A stretch of DNA of 37,134 bases, from assembly GCA_021158305.1 (NCBI GenBank), contig JAGGUU010000158.1:1-37134 (forward strand). Direction: 5' to 3'. This DNA is from Candidatus Bathyarchaeota archaeon. Its GTDB lineage: Archaea; Thermoproteota; Bathyarchaeia; Bathyarchaeales; DTEX01. Positions 18,606-26,893 of this stretch are shown one piece after another. The stretch's first letter is position 1, and the number at the start of each line of letters is the position of its first letter. A model generated the notes under the pieces. It had not been told where the DNA came from, searched no databases, and saw only the letters and a program-made list of their open reading frames with translations. Both the position numbers and the translations under genes were made by a program.

Positions 18606-18995
18606 ATGAGTAACGAGGAAGGAGAGGAGCGAGAGAGAATATATGTGATTCAGAAGCATCAAGCTACGCATCTACATTGGGATCTGCGTTTAGAGATGGA
18701 CGGTGTGCTAAAGAGCTGGGCTGTTCCTAAGGAGCCTCCGACGGAGAGAGGGGTTAGGAGACTTGCAATTATGGTGGAGGATCATCCAATTGAGTACGCA
18801 AATTTTGAGGGGGTGATCCCGGAGGGCCAGTATGGGGCGGGTGTTGTTGAGATATGGGATAAGGGAACGTATAAGCTGATCGATCGGAAGCCGGATAAGA
18901 TCGTTTTCGAGATAAATGGGAAGAGACTGAAAGGGAAATATTGTTTGCTACGATTTAAAGGGGAGAAAAACTGGTTATTCTTCAAAACGAAGTAG
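18606..18995 (+). CDS. Stand-alone LigD-type 3'-phosphoesterase (PE) domain protein.
   Basis: 129 aa. The PE active-site pattern is YVIQKHQATHLHWDLRLE (H-x-H-x-D-x-R). It also has VLKSWAVPKEPP and VEDHPIEYANFEGVIPEGQYGAG. Confidence 0.85.
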   Translation: MSNEEGEERERIYVIQKHQATHLHWDLRLEMDGVLKSWAVPKEPPTERGVRRLAIMVEDHPIEYANFEGVIPEGQYGAGVVEIWDKGTYKLIDRKPDKIVFEINGKRLKGKYCLLRFKGEKNWLFFKTK

Positions 18996-19003
18996 TGGGA
19001 GCT

Positions 19004-19492
19004 ATGAAAAAGAGGAAAGGCACGCTCCTTGACGTGATCTCGGACATCTTTGCCGAAAAGGCTTCCTCGTTTGAACTTCCTCTCGGAGTTGAGGATGTAG
19101 AGAAGGTTGACTCGGACATTGTGAGAGTTCAGTTTATAAGCGACATAGACTGTGATCTCCTATGTAAGGAAGCGATAAAGGAAGGGTATACTGTTAGGAG
19201 AGGATGGTTTACCCCTCGGATAATATGGAATGGAACGATAATAGCGAGGGTGGGAAGCAAGTCTGATCGGGCTAGACGACGCAGCATCTTCATATATTTG
19301 ATTCCTCCGAATGAGGAGGAGATGAGTACCTATCGGAAGGTTGTTGCGATACAGCATGGAGTATTAGATCCGCGGACAAATAAGGTGGATTCTGAAAAAT
19401 TTCTATGGTATAATCTTCGCATTATAAAGTTACTTGAGAATTATAGGAAGGCCAAGTATGAGAAGATTCGGGAGAGGCTTGAGTATCGCTGA
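19004..19492 (+). CDS. Hypothetical protein, translationally coupled to the PE-domain gene.
   Basis: The ORF is open from a GTG at 18995 that overlaps the upstream TAG. The ATG at 19004 gives MKKRKGTLLDV... (162 aa). I recognise no motif. It has a basic patch, SKSDRARRRS. Confidence 0.5.
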   Translation: MKKRKGTLLDVISDIFAEKASSFELPLGVEDVEKVDSDIVRVQFISDIDCDLLCKEAIKEGYTVRRGWFTPRIIWNGTIIARVGSKSDRARRRSIFIYLIPPNEEEMSTYRKVVAIQHGVLDPRTNKVDSEKFLWYNLRIIKLLENYRKAKYEKIRERLEYR

Positions 19493-19514
19493 TCCGCCTC
19501 GTTTATTACTAAAC

Positions 19515-19534
19515 GGTAATATTTAAATATTACC
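19515..19534. promoter_or_regulatory. Perfect 20-bp palindrome containing a TATA box. It is a putative operator/promoter of the ArsR-hsp20 pair.
   Basis: GGTAATATTTAAATATTACC is its own reverse complement. TTTAAATA (19522-19529) matches the archaeal TATA consensus. A third GGTAATA half-site lies at 19539-19545. The element is 29 nt upstream of the ORF start at 19563. Confidence 0.55.
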
Positions 19535-19562
19535 ATTCGGTAATAAAATATGGCGAGGCTCC

Positions 19563-19970
19563 TTGGGGCTGAAGATCCAGCTAATCAAAGATGAACAAGT
19601 CATCTTCGAGATTCCACTATCAGATAAAGACTGGGCTGAGGGAAACCTCAGGGATGAACTGGGGATAATCGAGGAAGAACTCCAGAGATTCTCAGAGATC
19701 TTCGAGGCTCTCTCAAACGAGACACGAATAAGAATGATGCGGCGGTTCCTAAGCGAGGAAGATGCCTCCTTAAGGTTTGCCGATCTGATGCAGGATCTAA
19801 ACCTAAACCCAAAGATCGTCTGGGAGAATCTGGGGAAGCTAAGTCGCTGTGGCTTCCTAGAGAAGACTGGAAGAGGAAGATATAGATGCTCCGAGTATGG
19901 ACAGAGAGCTTTCATGCTCATGGGCCTCGCCATAAAGCTCCTGATGGAAATGATGGATGAGAATGAATAA
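19563..19970 (+). CDS. ArsR-family winged-helix transcriptional regulator.
   Basis: 135 aa with a TTG start. The ArsR-like segment is FEALSNETRIRMMRRFL...FADLMQDLNLNPKIVWENLGKLSRCGFLEKTGRGRY. Confidence 0.7.
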   Translation: MGLKIQLIKDEQVIFEIPLSDKDWAEGNLRDELGIIEEELQRFSEIFEALSNETRIRMMRRFLSEEDASLRFADLMQDLNLNPKIVWENLGKLSRCGFLEKTGRGRYRCSEYGQRAFMLMGLAIKLLMEMMDENE

Positions 19971-19993
19971 AACATGAGTGGAGGTGACCGTGT

Positions 19994-20584
19994 TTGTCAG
20001 ATGAGTTTTGGGATAGATGGTTTAGAAGAAGATTCTCGCCCTTTAGAAGCATCTTCGAAGACATTGAAGAAATGTTCAGGGAAATGGAGAAATTTATGGC
20101 CAGAGAGTTCGAAGAATTCCCGAGAGAGACGCCAAGGAATCTAATCCGCGAGAAAACATTGCCAGACGGTACAAAAGTGCGCGAGTGGGGCCCGTTCATA
20201 TACGGGTACACATTCACCATAGGCCCTGACGGTAAGCCTATAGTCAGAGAGTTCGGAAACGTTAAACCAGAGATGAGGTTTGGGCGGCCTAGAATCAGCA
20301 TAAGAGAGGAGAGGGAGCCGCTGATAGATGTCATGGAGACCAATGATGAAGTCAAGGTTATTGCGGAGCTGCCGGGCGTCGAGAAAAAGGACATAAAACT
20401 TTATGGAACAGAGGATACTTTGACCATATCCGTTGACACTGCTGAGCGAAAATACTACAAGAAAGTCGAGCTGCCATCAGCTGTTGATGCTAAGAGTGCA
20501 AAGGCCTCTTATAAGAACGGAGTACTAGAGGTTAGGCTGAAGAAGAAGAAAAAAGAGCCTGAAGGAGAACCAATACTCCTCTAA
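19994..20584 (+). CDS. Hsp20/alpha-crystallin small heat-shock protein.
   Basis: 196 aa. The TTG start lies 7 nt after GGAGGTGA. The alpha-crystallin domain is IDVMETNDEVKVIAELPGVEKKDIKL...ASYKNGVLEVRL. Confidence 0.9.
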   Translation: MSDEFWDRWFRRRFSPFRSIFEDIEEMFREMEKFMAREFEEFPRETPRNLIREKTLPDGTKVREWGPFIYGYTFTIGPDGKPIVREFGNVKPEMRFGRPRISIREEREPLIDVMETNDEVKVIAELPGVEKKDIKLYGTEDTLTISVDTAERKYYKKVELPSAVDAKSAKASYKNGVLEVRLKKKKKEPEGEPILL

Positions 20585-20595
20585 ATAAACCTCTA

Positions 20596-20605
20596 TTTTT
20601 TATTT
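20596..20605 (+). terminator. Oligo-T archaeal terminator candidate after hsp20.
   Basis: TTTTTTATTT begins 12 nt after the hsp20 stop codon. Confidence 0.4.
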
Positions 20606-20736
20606 AACGCTGAAGCGCATGATAAGAGAATCTGTAGATTGTGGATGTAATTCGTAGCTGCGAGAAAAATTCTATATAAAGTTTCTATAGGCGGATATTC
20701 GGGTCCAGATATTTTGGGGCGCCTGTCTTGTGCAGG

Positions 20737-21045
20737 TTAGCTCTGGGTTAGGAGGAGGATTGCTTGGGCTAGGTCTCCACCAGTCTGTTCCAAAGCCGCT
20801 CTCGCTTGGTCTAGGCTTACCTTAGCTTGCTGAGCGACTAATTGCACATCTTCTTCTGGAATGCTTATTGCTTTCTCCCTTTTCTTCTCAGATATTTCTC
20901 CTCCCATTACTTGGAATATCTTCTGTCCCTGAACCTCCAGAACGGCTACTTCCGGATTCTGCACTATTATCTCTTTATCCCTGGTTTTTATGATGACTTC
21001 TTCGGCTTCAAGCGGCGTCATATTTAATCCCATGCGCCGCATCAT
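20737..21045 (-). CDS. nac: Nascent polypeptide-associated complex protein (archaeal NAC).
   Basis: 102 aa. The NAC domain is VIIKTRDKEIIVQNPEVAVLEVQGQKIFQV. The C-terminal UBA-like segment is EEDVQLVAQQAKVSLDQARAALEQTGGDLAQAI. Confidence 0.85.
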   Translation of the reverse strand: MMRRMGLNMTPLEAEEVIIKTRDKEIIVQNPEVAVLEVQGQKIFQVMGGEISEKKREKAISIPEEDVQLVAQQAKVSLDQARAALEQTGGDLAQAILLLTQS

Positions 21046-21118
21046 TCTCCGCGCCGCTCTTGGACTTATCCTCCTCAGAAGCGGTCACCTCAAACAATCT
21101 TTTTACTCTTCTTCCTTT

Positions 21119-21646
21119 TTAGTCTTCTTGAATCCTTCCTCTGCGAACCTTCACCGCTACTCCCCGTGTGAATTCAAGCATCTCCACTCCTGAAAGTACA
21201 GCTTTTCCAACGGCGATCACCTCGCCGCGTGAGTTAAGCACTATAGTCTCCTCCATTGGACGGATTTCTTTGTCAGCATCAACCACATGCTTAGCAAAGA
21301 CATCTTTCCCTCTTTCGATGAATATGGCGGCATCATCTTGAACCTTAACCCATCGGAACATAGCCCTGCCGTTATTAACGAGCCTCTCAGCTCCCTTGAT
21401 CGTTAGGTTTAGAAGTCCAGAAGCGGGATTCAATGTGGCTACTAATGTTTCACCATACCATATCTGCCTGATCCTTCCGGTTCTCTTGGAGATTTTGAAG
21501 ATTACATCTTCTGGAAATAGTCTTTCACCGGCACCTCTACCGAACTGGTAATCCGCGACCTTTCTAATTATTCGAAGCAGCATCTTCTCATCGGCGGACA
21601 TATCGCAACTCATCTCGGAAAGCGTCACGTTTAAGTTGAATCGCAT
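21119..21646 (-). CDS. PUA-domain RNA-binding protein.
   Basis: 175 aa. The C-terminal PUA-like block is VKVQDDAAIFIERGKDVFAKHVVDADKEIRPMEETIVLNSRGEVIAVGKAVLSG. The true start may be an internal ATG (21613 or 21601), since only 29 nt separate 21646 from the divergent MBF1 gene. Confidence 0.7.
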   Translation of the reverse strand: MRFNLNVTLSEMSCDMSADEKMLLRIIRKVADYQFGRGAGERLFPEDVIFKISKRTGRIRQIWYGETLVATLNPASGLLNLTIKGAERLVNNGRAMFRWVKVQDDAAIFIERGKDVFAKHVVDADKEIRPMEETIVLNSRGEVIAVGKAVLSGVEMLEFTRGVAVKVRRGRIQED

Positions 21647-21675
21647 GATGAATATAATATCAATGGTGTAGTTAC

Positions 21676-22185
21676 ATGCGATGTGAAGTCTGCGGCCGCG
21701 AGATCATCGGTAAGCCGCATTACGTAATAATTGAGGGAGCGAAGCTCGTAACGTGCGGTGAATGTGCGAAGCTAGGCTCCGGAGAGTGGAGTCCCAAACC
21801 ATCCGTTAGTAGCCCAGCCGTGAAGATGAGAGCTCCCCGGATACCCAAGAGAAAAGCGACCGTGAAGAACATTGATATACATGAGGATGTGACGGTGATT
21901 GAGAATTTCGGTTCTCTTGTGAGAAGCACGAGGCAAAAGATGGGGCTAAGCCAGGAAGATCTTGGAAGGAAGATCGGGGAGAAGACTTCGGTAATCAAAA
22001 AGATTGAGGTAGAGAAGATTATTCCTCATGAACAGCTCGCCAGAAAACTTGAGCATGCCTTAGGAATAAAACTACTTGTTCCCGTCGTTGAACCGGAGGT
22101 TCCTGCTTCCTTACGTCCCACTCGTAGAGAGGTCACGTTAGGCGAGATTGTGCAGTTAAAGGAGTCAAAGAGGAGGAAAACATAG
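21676..22185 (+). CDS. mbf1: Multiprotein bridging factor 1 (archaeal MBF1: zinc ribbon plus HTH).
   Basis: 169 aa. The N-terminal motif is CEVCGREI...CGEC. The cro/C1-type HTH is RQKMGLSQEDLGRKIGEKTSVIKKIE. Confidence 0.9.
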   Translation: MRCEVCGREIIGKPHYVIIEGAKLVTCGECAKLGSGEWSPKPSVSSPAVKMRAPRIPKRKATVKNIDIHEDVTVIENFGSLVRSTRQKMGLSQEDLGRKIGEKTSVIKKIEVEKIIPHEQLARKLEHALGIKLLVPVVEPEVPASLRPTRREVTLGEIVQLKESKRRKT

Positions 22186-22186
22186 G

Positions 22187-23476
22187 ACGAAGGCTATCAT
22201 AGTCGACAGGCGGGAGCCTTTCGAAAAGTCCCGGCTTGAGGAGCTGAAGAGTCTAGCTGAGGCGGCTGGATACGAGGTTGTCGGTTTTCTTGAGCAAGTC
22301 ACACATCCACACTCGCGTTACTGTATAGGTAGAGGAAAAGCACATGAACTTGCAGAGATGGCTTCTGAACTAGGGGCTGAAAAGATAATCTTCGGAGAGG
22401 AATTGAAGGTTACTCAAATCTATAACCTCGCAAAGCTAACAGGCCTCGAGATCATCGACAGATTCCAGCTGATCTTAGAGATCTTTCAGAGAAGAGCTTC
22501 GACAAAGGAGGCGAAGCTCCAAATAGAGTTAGCCCGGTGGCGTTATGAACTGGCGCATGCGAGGGAAAAGGTTAGACTTGCAAAGATGGGAGAGCAACCG
22601 GGCTTCATGGGGCTGGGTAAGTATGAGGTTGACGTGTATCGGGAGACGGTGAAAAGACAAGTCTCAAGCATTCAGGAGAAGCTTAAGCGCGTAAGGAAGA
22701 CGAGAGAGCTCCACCGCCGCAGGAGGAGAAAGATAGGTTTCCCCACGGTCTCGCTGGCTGGTTACACAAACTCCGGTAAAAGCACGCTATTCAAAGCTCT
22801 TACGGGCGAAAATGTACCTATAGATCGAAGTTTGTTCACAACGCTTTCAACAACTACGCGCGTCACAAATCTCTTTGGAGAGCCAGTTTTAGTCACGGAT
22901 ACTGTTGGATTCATAGATAGGCTTCCATTAACGCTTGTAGAGGCCTTCCGTTCAACGCTTGAAGAAACAATCTTTGCCGATCTAATCCTTCTAGTGGTTG
23001 ATGTAAGCGAATCATTTGATGATATTGAGAGAAAGATGAAATGTTGCTTGGATACTCTACGGGAGATAGGAGCCTTAGGAGTTCCAATCTTTACAGTTCT
23101 AAATAAAATTGACCTACTTTCAGATGAGGAGCTGGAATCGAAGATCAGAAAATTGAGAAAGCATTCCTCAAATCTTATTCCGATATCTGCTCTTTATAGA
23201 AGGAATCTCGACATGCTTAAGGTTAAAATGGCGAATCTCCTCATAAAACATGTTAAGTCCAGCATCATTATGCCGATAAGCGAGGAGTCCCTCTCGTTTC
23301 TTTCGTGGATATATGATCATGCGAATGTGTTTAAGGTGGCATATGGAAAAAAGCATCTTAAAGTCTCATTCTCAGCTAGACCCGTAATCGCTGAGAAGAT
23401 AAGACATGGAGTAAAGAATCTAGGCGGAGCCTTCAAGTATGAAGCGAGAGATCTATATCCTCAGATTAAATCATAG
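22187..23476 (+). CDS. hflX: GTPase HflX, with an uncertain non-canonical start.
   Basis: The track ORF starts at ATG 22358. The same frame is open from 22160 and encodes the conserved HflX N-domain: (T)KAIIVDRREPFEKSRLEELKSLAEAAGYEVVGFLEQVTHPHSRYCIGRGKAHELAE. G1 is LAGYTNSGKSTLF, G3 is DTVGFI, G4 is NKID. The 5' end is set at ACG 22187. ATC 22196 and ATA 22199 are alternatives. Confidence 0.8.
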   Translation, partial: TKAIIVDRREPFEKSRLEELKSLAEAAGYEVVGFLEQVTHPHSRYCIGRGKAHELAEMASELGAEKIIFGEELKVTQIYNLAKLTGLEIIDRFQLILEIFQRRASTKEAKLQIELARWRYELAHAREKVRLAKMGEQPGFMGLGKYEVDVYRETVKRQVSSIQEKLKRVRKTRELHRRRRRKIGFPTVSLAGYTNSGKSTLFKALTGENVPIDRSLFTTLSTTTRVTNLFGEPVLVTDTVGFIDRLPLTLVEAFRSTLEETIFADLILLVVDVSESFDDIERKMKCCLDTLREIGALGVPIFTVLNKIDLLSDEELESKIRKLRKHSSNLIPISALYRRNLDMLKVKMANLLIKHVKSSIIMPISEESLSFLSWIYDHANVFKVAYGKKHLKVSFSARPVIAEKIRHGVKNLGGAFKYEARDLYPQIKS

Positions 23477-23984
23477 ACCCCAACGAGACAAAAGAGTGAC
23501 AACTCACCTCTTTCTAGCGGCTAGAGCTCTAGGCGCTACTGGAGGCTTCTATTCAGGAGAGAAAGATGAGAAGGTCGAGAGGAGCATAGAGAAGGTACGT
23601 AGATCGTGGGGCGGAGGCTTCAGAATCTCCTACGTTTCAAGCTGGGAAAAAAAGATGTATGAATGGAAGAAGGAAGGCGGAGAAATAGTCCACCTTACAA
23701 TGTACGGCCTCCCAATCGCAGAGGTGATCGGTGAGATTAGAAGCTCCGCGAAGAATCTCCTCATAGTTGTTGGAGGAGCTAAAGTTCCAAGAAAAGTCTA
23801 CGAGCTCGCGGATTGGAACATCGCCGTGACATCCCAGCCTCATTCGGAAATAAGCGCTCTAGCGCTTTTCCTCCATGAATTATTCGAGGGAAAGGAGCTC
23901 TCAATAAAATTTGAGGACGCGAAGATCGTGATCGTTCCGCAGAAGAGAGGAAAGAAGGTCTTGAAGATAAATTCTCAAGGATGA
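23439..23984 (+). CDS. trm56: tRNA (cytidine56-2'-O)-methyltransferase Trm56 (SPOUT).
   Basis: 181 aa. It has the signature N-terminus ILRLNHRPQRDKRVTTHLFLAARALGA and IVVGGAKVP...NIAVTSQPHSEISALA. It overlaps the hflX end by 38 nt. Confidence 0.85.
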   Translation: MKREIYILRLNHRPQRDKRVTTHLFLAARALGATGGFYSGEKDEKVERSIEKVRRSWGGGFRISYVSSWEKKMYEWKKEGGEIVHLTMYGLPIAEVIGEIRSSAKNLLIVVGGAKVPRKVYELADWNIAVTSQPHSEISALALFLHELFEGKELSIKFEDAKIVIVPQKRGKKVLKINSQG

Positions 23985-24049
23985 GGATATACGAACAATT
24001 TAAGTTGCTAGACTCCCATAATATTATTGTTGGAAAAGCAGGTGATTCA

Positions 24050-24556
24050 ATGGACATACCGAACCGCTCAGTTCTCTTTAAGGTCGCCGAAGTACTCGGC
24101 GGAGAAGAAGCCGTCAAGATAGTTGAGATGCTCGAGAAGGTTGATGAAACCGCAGATGAGGAGATAGTAGCGAAGACGGGCATACCGCTAAATACTGTTC
24201 GCAAAATCCTCTATAGACTATATGACCATTCCCTAGTGGGCCTTAGAAGAACAAGAGATGAAAAAACTGGATGGTTCATCTTTCACTGGAGGCTTCAACC
24301 AGATCAGATTGAAGGCTTCCTTATAAACCAGAAGAAGAAGATCCTTGAAAAGCTTGAGGAGAGACTTAGATATGAGAAATCCCACGAGTTTTATCATTGC
24401 GGGGTTCCAGGACATAGACGCATCCCCTTTGAGGAAGCAGCAGAATATGTCTTCAGGTGTCCAGAATGCAACAGACCCCTAATGCACTTCGATAATAGCA
24501 AGATAATCAAGTTTCTATCGAAGAAGATTGAGCAGTTAAGGGCTGAGATTCGGTGA
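24050..24556 (+). CDS. tfe: Transcription factor E (TFE alpha, TFIIE-alpha homologue).
   Basis: The ORF is open from 23981. The ATG at 24050 follows GGTGAT. The winged helix is EEIVAKTGIPLNTVRKILYRLYDHSLV...GWFIFHWRL. The zinc-ribbon remnant is YHCG...FRCPECNRPL. Confidence 0.85.
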   Translation: MDIPNRSVLFKVAEVLGGEEAVKIVEMLEKVDETADEEIVAKTGIPLNTVRKILYRLYDHSLVGLRRTRDEKTGWFIFHWRLQPDQIEGFLINQKKKILEKLEERLRYEKSHEFYHCGVPGHRRIPFEEAAEYVFRCPECNRPLMHFDNSKIIKFLSKKIEQLRAEIR

Positions 24557-25116
24557 ACGAAAAACTTCCATCAGCCGAGGAAGCAATAAGAATTTTGAAA
24601 CAAAGCGGATGCTCGCCAGAGGTTATAAAGCATTGCATAGCAGTCTCGAATCTGGCAGTAAGAATAGCACGAATATGTCAGAGAAACGGCGTGAAGATCA
24701 ACCTTGATCTCGTCCGAGTCGGCGCCCTACTACACGATGTGGGAAGATCAAAGACGCATAGCGTTCACCATCCGATCGTAGGCGCCGAGATCGCTAGATC
24801 CTTAAACCTTCCCGAACCAGTTATAAGAATAATAGAGAGGCATCTTGGAGGAGGCTTAACAGCCAAGGAAGCTGCAGAATTGGGATGGCCTGCTGAAAAC
24901 TATCTGCCGGAGACTATAGAGGAGAAGATCGTAACATATGCTGACAAACTTATAGAAGGAGAAAGAGTTGTTTCCATAGAGAAGACGATAAGAGAACTCA
25001 GTAAGAAGCTCGGCGCAGACCATCCGGCCATAAAGAGAATAATGAACCTACATAGGGAAATAACGGAGATCTGCGGGGTCACCATGGAATCGCTTGTGAG
25101 GAAGACTTACATCTGA
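24553..25116 (+). CDS. HD-domain metal-dependent phosphohydrolase (TIGR00295-like).
   Basis: 187 aa. The GTG start overlaps the tfe stop (GTGA). The HD motif is GALLHDVGRSKTHSVHHP, followed by IIERHLGGG and VTYADKL. Confidence 0.8.
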   Translation: MNEKLPSAEEAIRILKQSGCSPEVIKHCIAVSNLAVRIARICQRNGVKINLDLVRVGALLHDVGRSKTHSVHHPIVGAEIARSLNLPEPVIRIIERHLGGGLTAKEAAELGWPAENYLPETIEEKIVTYADKLIEGERVVSIEKTIRELSKKLGADHPAIKRIMNLHREITEICGVTMESLVRKTYI

Positions 25117-25141
25117 ATGGAGCTGCTTAATATCTTGTTCT

Positions 25142-25786
25142 TCACTTCATCTCGTATTCTTCGCCTGGATTTAGGAGTATAACTTTTATGTCGGAGGATT
25201 CCTCAACCTTCCTTCTGAAAACTTCAGGATCACTATCCCATCGGTGCATGGGAATAACTGCTTCGGGCTTTATGGCTAAAGCAGCCTCAGCCGCCTCTGG
25301 GTTATCCATAGTGTACGTTCCCCCGCTTGGAAGCAACGCCAAAGAGATATTCTTTAGATCCTTCATCTCTGGAATGAAATCTGTATCTCCAGCGTGATAG
25401 ATCCTCTTGCCTCCCACCGTTATGATATAGCCATTTCCAAACCCTTTAGGGTGAAACGGGTTTCCAGGAGATCTAAAACGCTTGTAGTTGTATGCGTGAA
25501 CAGCCTCAACGATTACGCCGTTCACTTCGATCTTTTCTCCCGGCTTAATCGCCTTAACGTTGCCGCTGAGCCTTGAAACGCATTCCGGTGGACAGATGAT
25601 TACTGTATTCTCCTTCATTACCTTCTCAATCTTAGAAGCGTCACAATGATCGAAATGCGAGTGTGTAACAAGCACGAGGTCTGCTTTTTCTGCATACTCT
25701 CCTTCATATGGATCTATGTAAATGTTTTTACCATCGGCCTTTATTTGGAAACTTGCATGTCCAAGCCACTTCACAATTACGCTCAT
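25142..25786 (-). CDS. Metallo-beta-lactamase-fold hydrolase (UPF0173 family).
   Basis: 214 aa. It has KWLGHASFQI, the metal motif LVTHSHFDHCD, and YHAGDT. Confidence 0.85.
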   Translation of the reverse strand: MSVIVKWLGHASFQIKADGKNIYIDPYEGEYAEKADLVLVTHSHFDHCDASKIEKVMKENTVIICPPECVSRLSGNVKAIKPGEKIEVNGVIVEAVHAYNYKRFRSPGNPFHPKGFGNGYIITVGGKRIYHAGDTDFIPEMKDLKNISLALLPSGGTYTMDNPEAAEAALAIKPEAVIPMHRWDSDPEVFRRKVEESSDIKVILLNPGEEYEMK

Positions 25787-25870
25787 AAGACCACCTCCAA
25801 CTATTCTATTCCCTCTCTCGGCTTATCTATTTTCCGCAAAAGGAACAGAAGAGATATGCGTGAAAATGCT

Positions 25871-26533
25871 TTAGAACGGCAGAAAATCAAGGTTAAGGAA
25901 GATCTCCAGAGAGATATTCATGGCGAACAGAATCAGCACTGCGCCCAGAACTATAAGGAGAACCCCATATCCTTTAGATTTCAGTATCTTCACGCTGCCT
26001 TCCCCAGCTAATCCCATTAGTGTCAGCCAGAAATAATCCATCCACACATGAGCAGCATACATTAAAAGCAGAAATGAGAAGCCCATACTAGCTGAAGCTC
26101 TTATCAACGGAAGCCCCACGGACAGCCACCACAATAGAAAATAAGGGTTAAGTCCGGTCAAGGCTACGCCTACGAGTATAGGATTGAACATATACTTTGC
26201 ACTTTCTTCGATGTGGATGCTTCCAGATCTTATAATGCTGACTCCTTCCTTTATGGTCATGTATGAAAAGAAGAGGATGAAGAAGGATATCGCGAACGCC
26301 AGAACGCAGCTTACAGTGGCATTCTTCAAGAGAAATTCTATAGTAGAATAGAGCGAAGCTATAATTATGATATATGGAAACTCGAAAAGCATGTGACCGA
26401 ATGCTATTAGAAAGCCGCCCTTAGCACATCTCTTAGCGCCCACAGCTATAGCTGATGTTGTCAACGGCCCTGGAGAAAGAACTCCGGAGACTGATATCGC
26501 AATCGTTGAGGCAACTAAGCTCAGTGTGTTCAT
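25871..26533 (-). CDS. LysE/RhtB-type translocator family membrane protein.
   Basis: 220 aa and polytopic. It has an N-terminal SPGPLT motif and an internal LTGLNPYFLLWW motif. Confidence 0.6.
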   Translation of the reverse strand: MNTLSLVASTIAISVSGVLSPGPLTTSAIAVGAKRCAKGGFLIAFGHMLFEFPYIIIIASLYSTIEFLLKNATVSCVLAFAISFFILFFSYMTIKEGVSIIRSGSIHIEESAKYMFNPILVGVALTGLNPYFLLWWLSVGLPLIRASASMGFSFLLLMYAAHVWMDYFWLTLMGLAGEGSVKILKSKGYGVLLIVLGAVLILFAMNISLEIFLNLDFLPF

Positions 26534-26657
26534 GACATGAATATATTGTTGCTCAAATTTTAAATCTTCTCCGAGAAAGAACCTTTAAGGTTTATTATAG
26601 ACGGCGAAGATTTTGCAAGAACCTTAATGCTGAAGTGTTCTTCTTGCTTAAAAATAA

Positions 26658-26819
26658 TCAGGGACCTGTGAAGCCACAGTTTGGACATTTATATTGACGG
26701 CCGAACTGTCTACACTTCTCACAACGCCATATAATTATCTGTCCGCAGTTTGGGCATGGAAATTTAGTCGCGTTGGTACCCGGCGGGATTATTCTATTAC
26801 ATGATGTGCATATGGGCAT
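26658..26819 (-). CDS. Small double zinc-ribbon protein (COG2888-like).
   Basis: The ORF is open from TTG 26843. The ATG at 26819 directly follows AGGTGA. The sequence MPICTSCNRII...FPCPNCGQIIIWRCEKCRQFGRQYKCPNCGF contains four CxxC pairs. Confidence 0.7.
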   Translation of the reverse strand: MPICTSCNRIIPPGTNATKFPCPNCGQIIIWRCEKCRQFGRQYKCPNCGFTGP

Positions 26820-26893
26820 TCTCACCTTCTTAGACTCACCCAATTTATGCTCACCTAGGCATTCTCCTATGATAATAAGCGGGGTATATATAC

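Noticed and set aside
22160-22190. Possible +1 frameshift or stop-bypass at ACA TAG G that would fuse MBF1 to HflX into one polypeptide.
   Set aside because: Both frames are open here, but I know of no precedent for such a fusion and see no stimulatory structure. Near-cognate reinitiation or a base error explains the data more simply. It is kept only as an alternative under the hflX finding.
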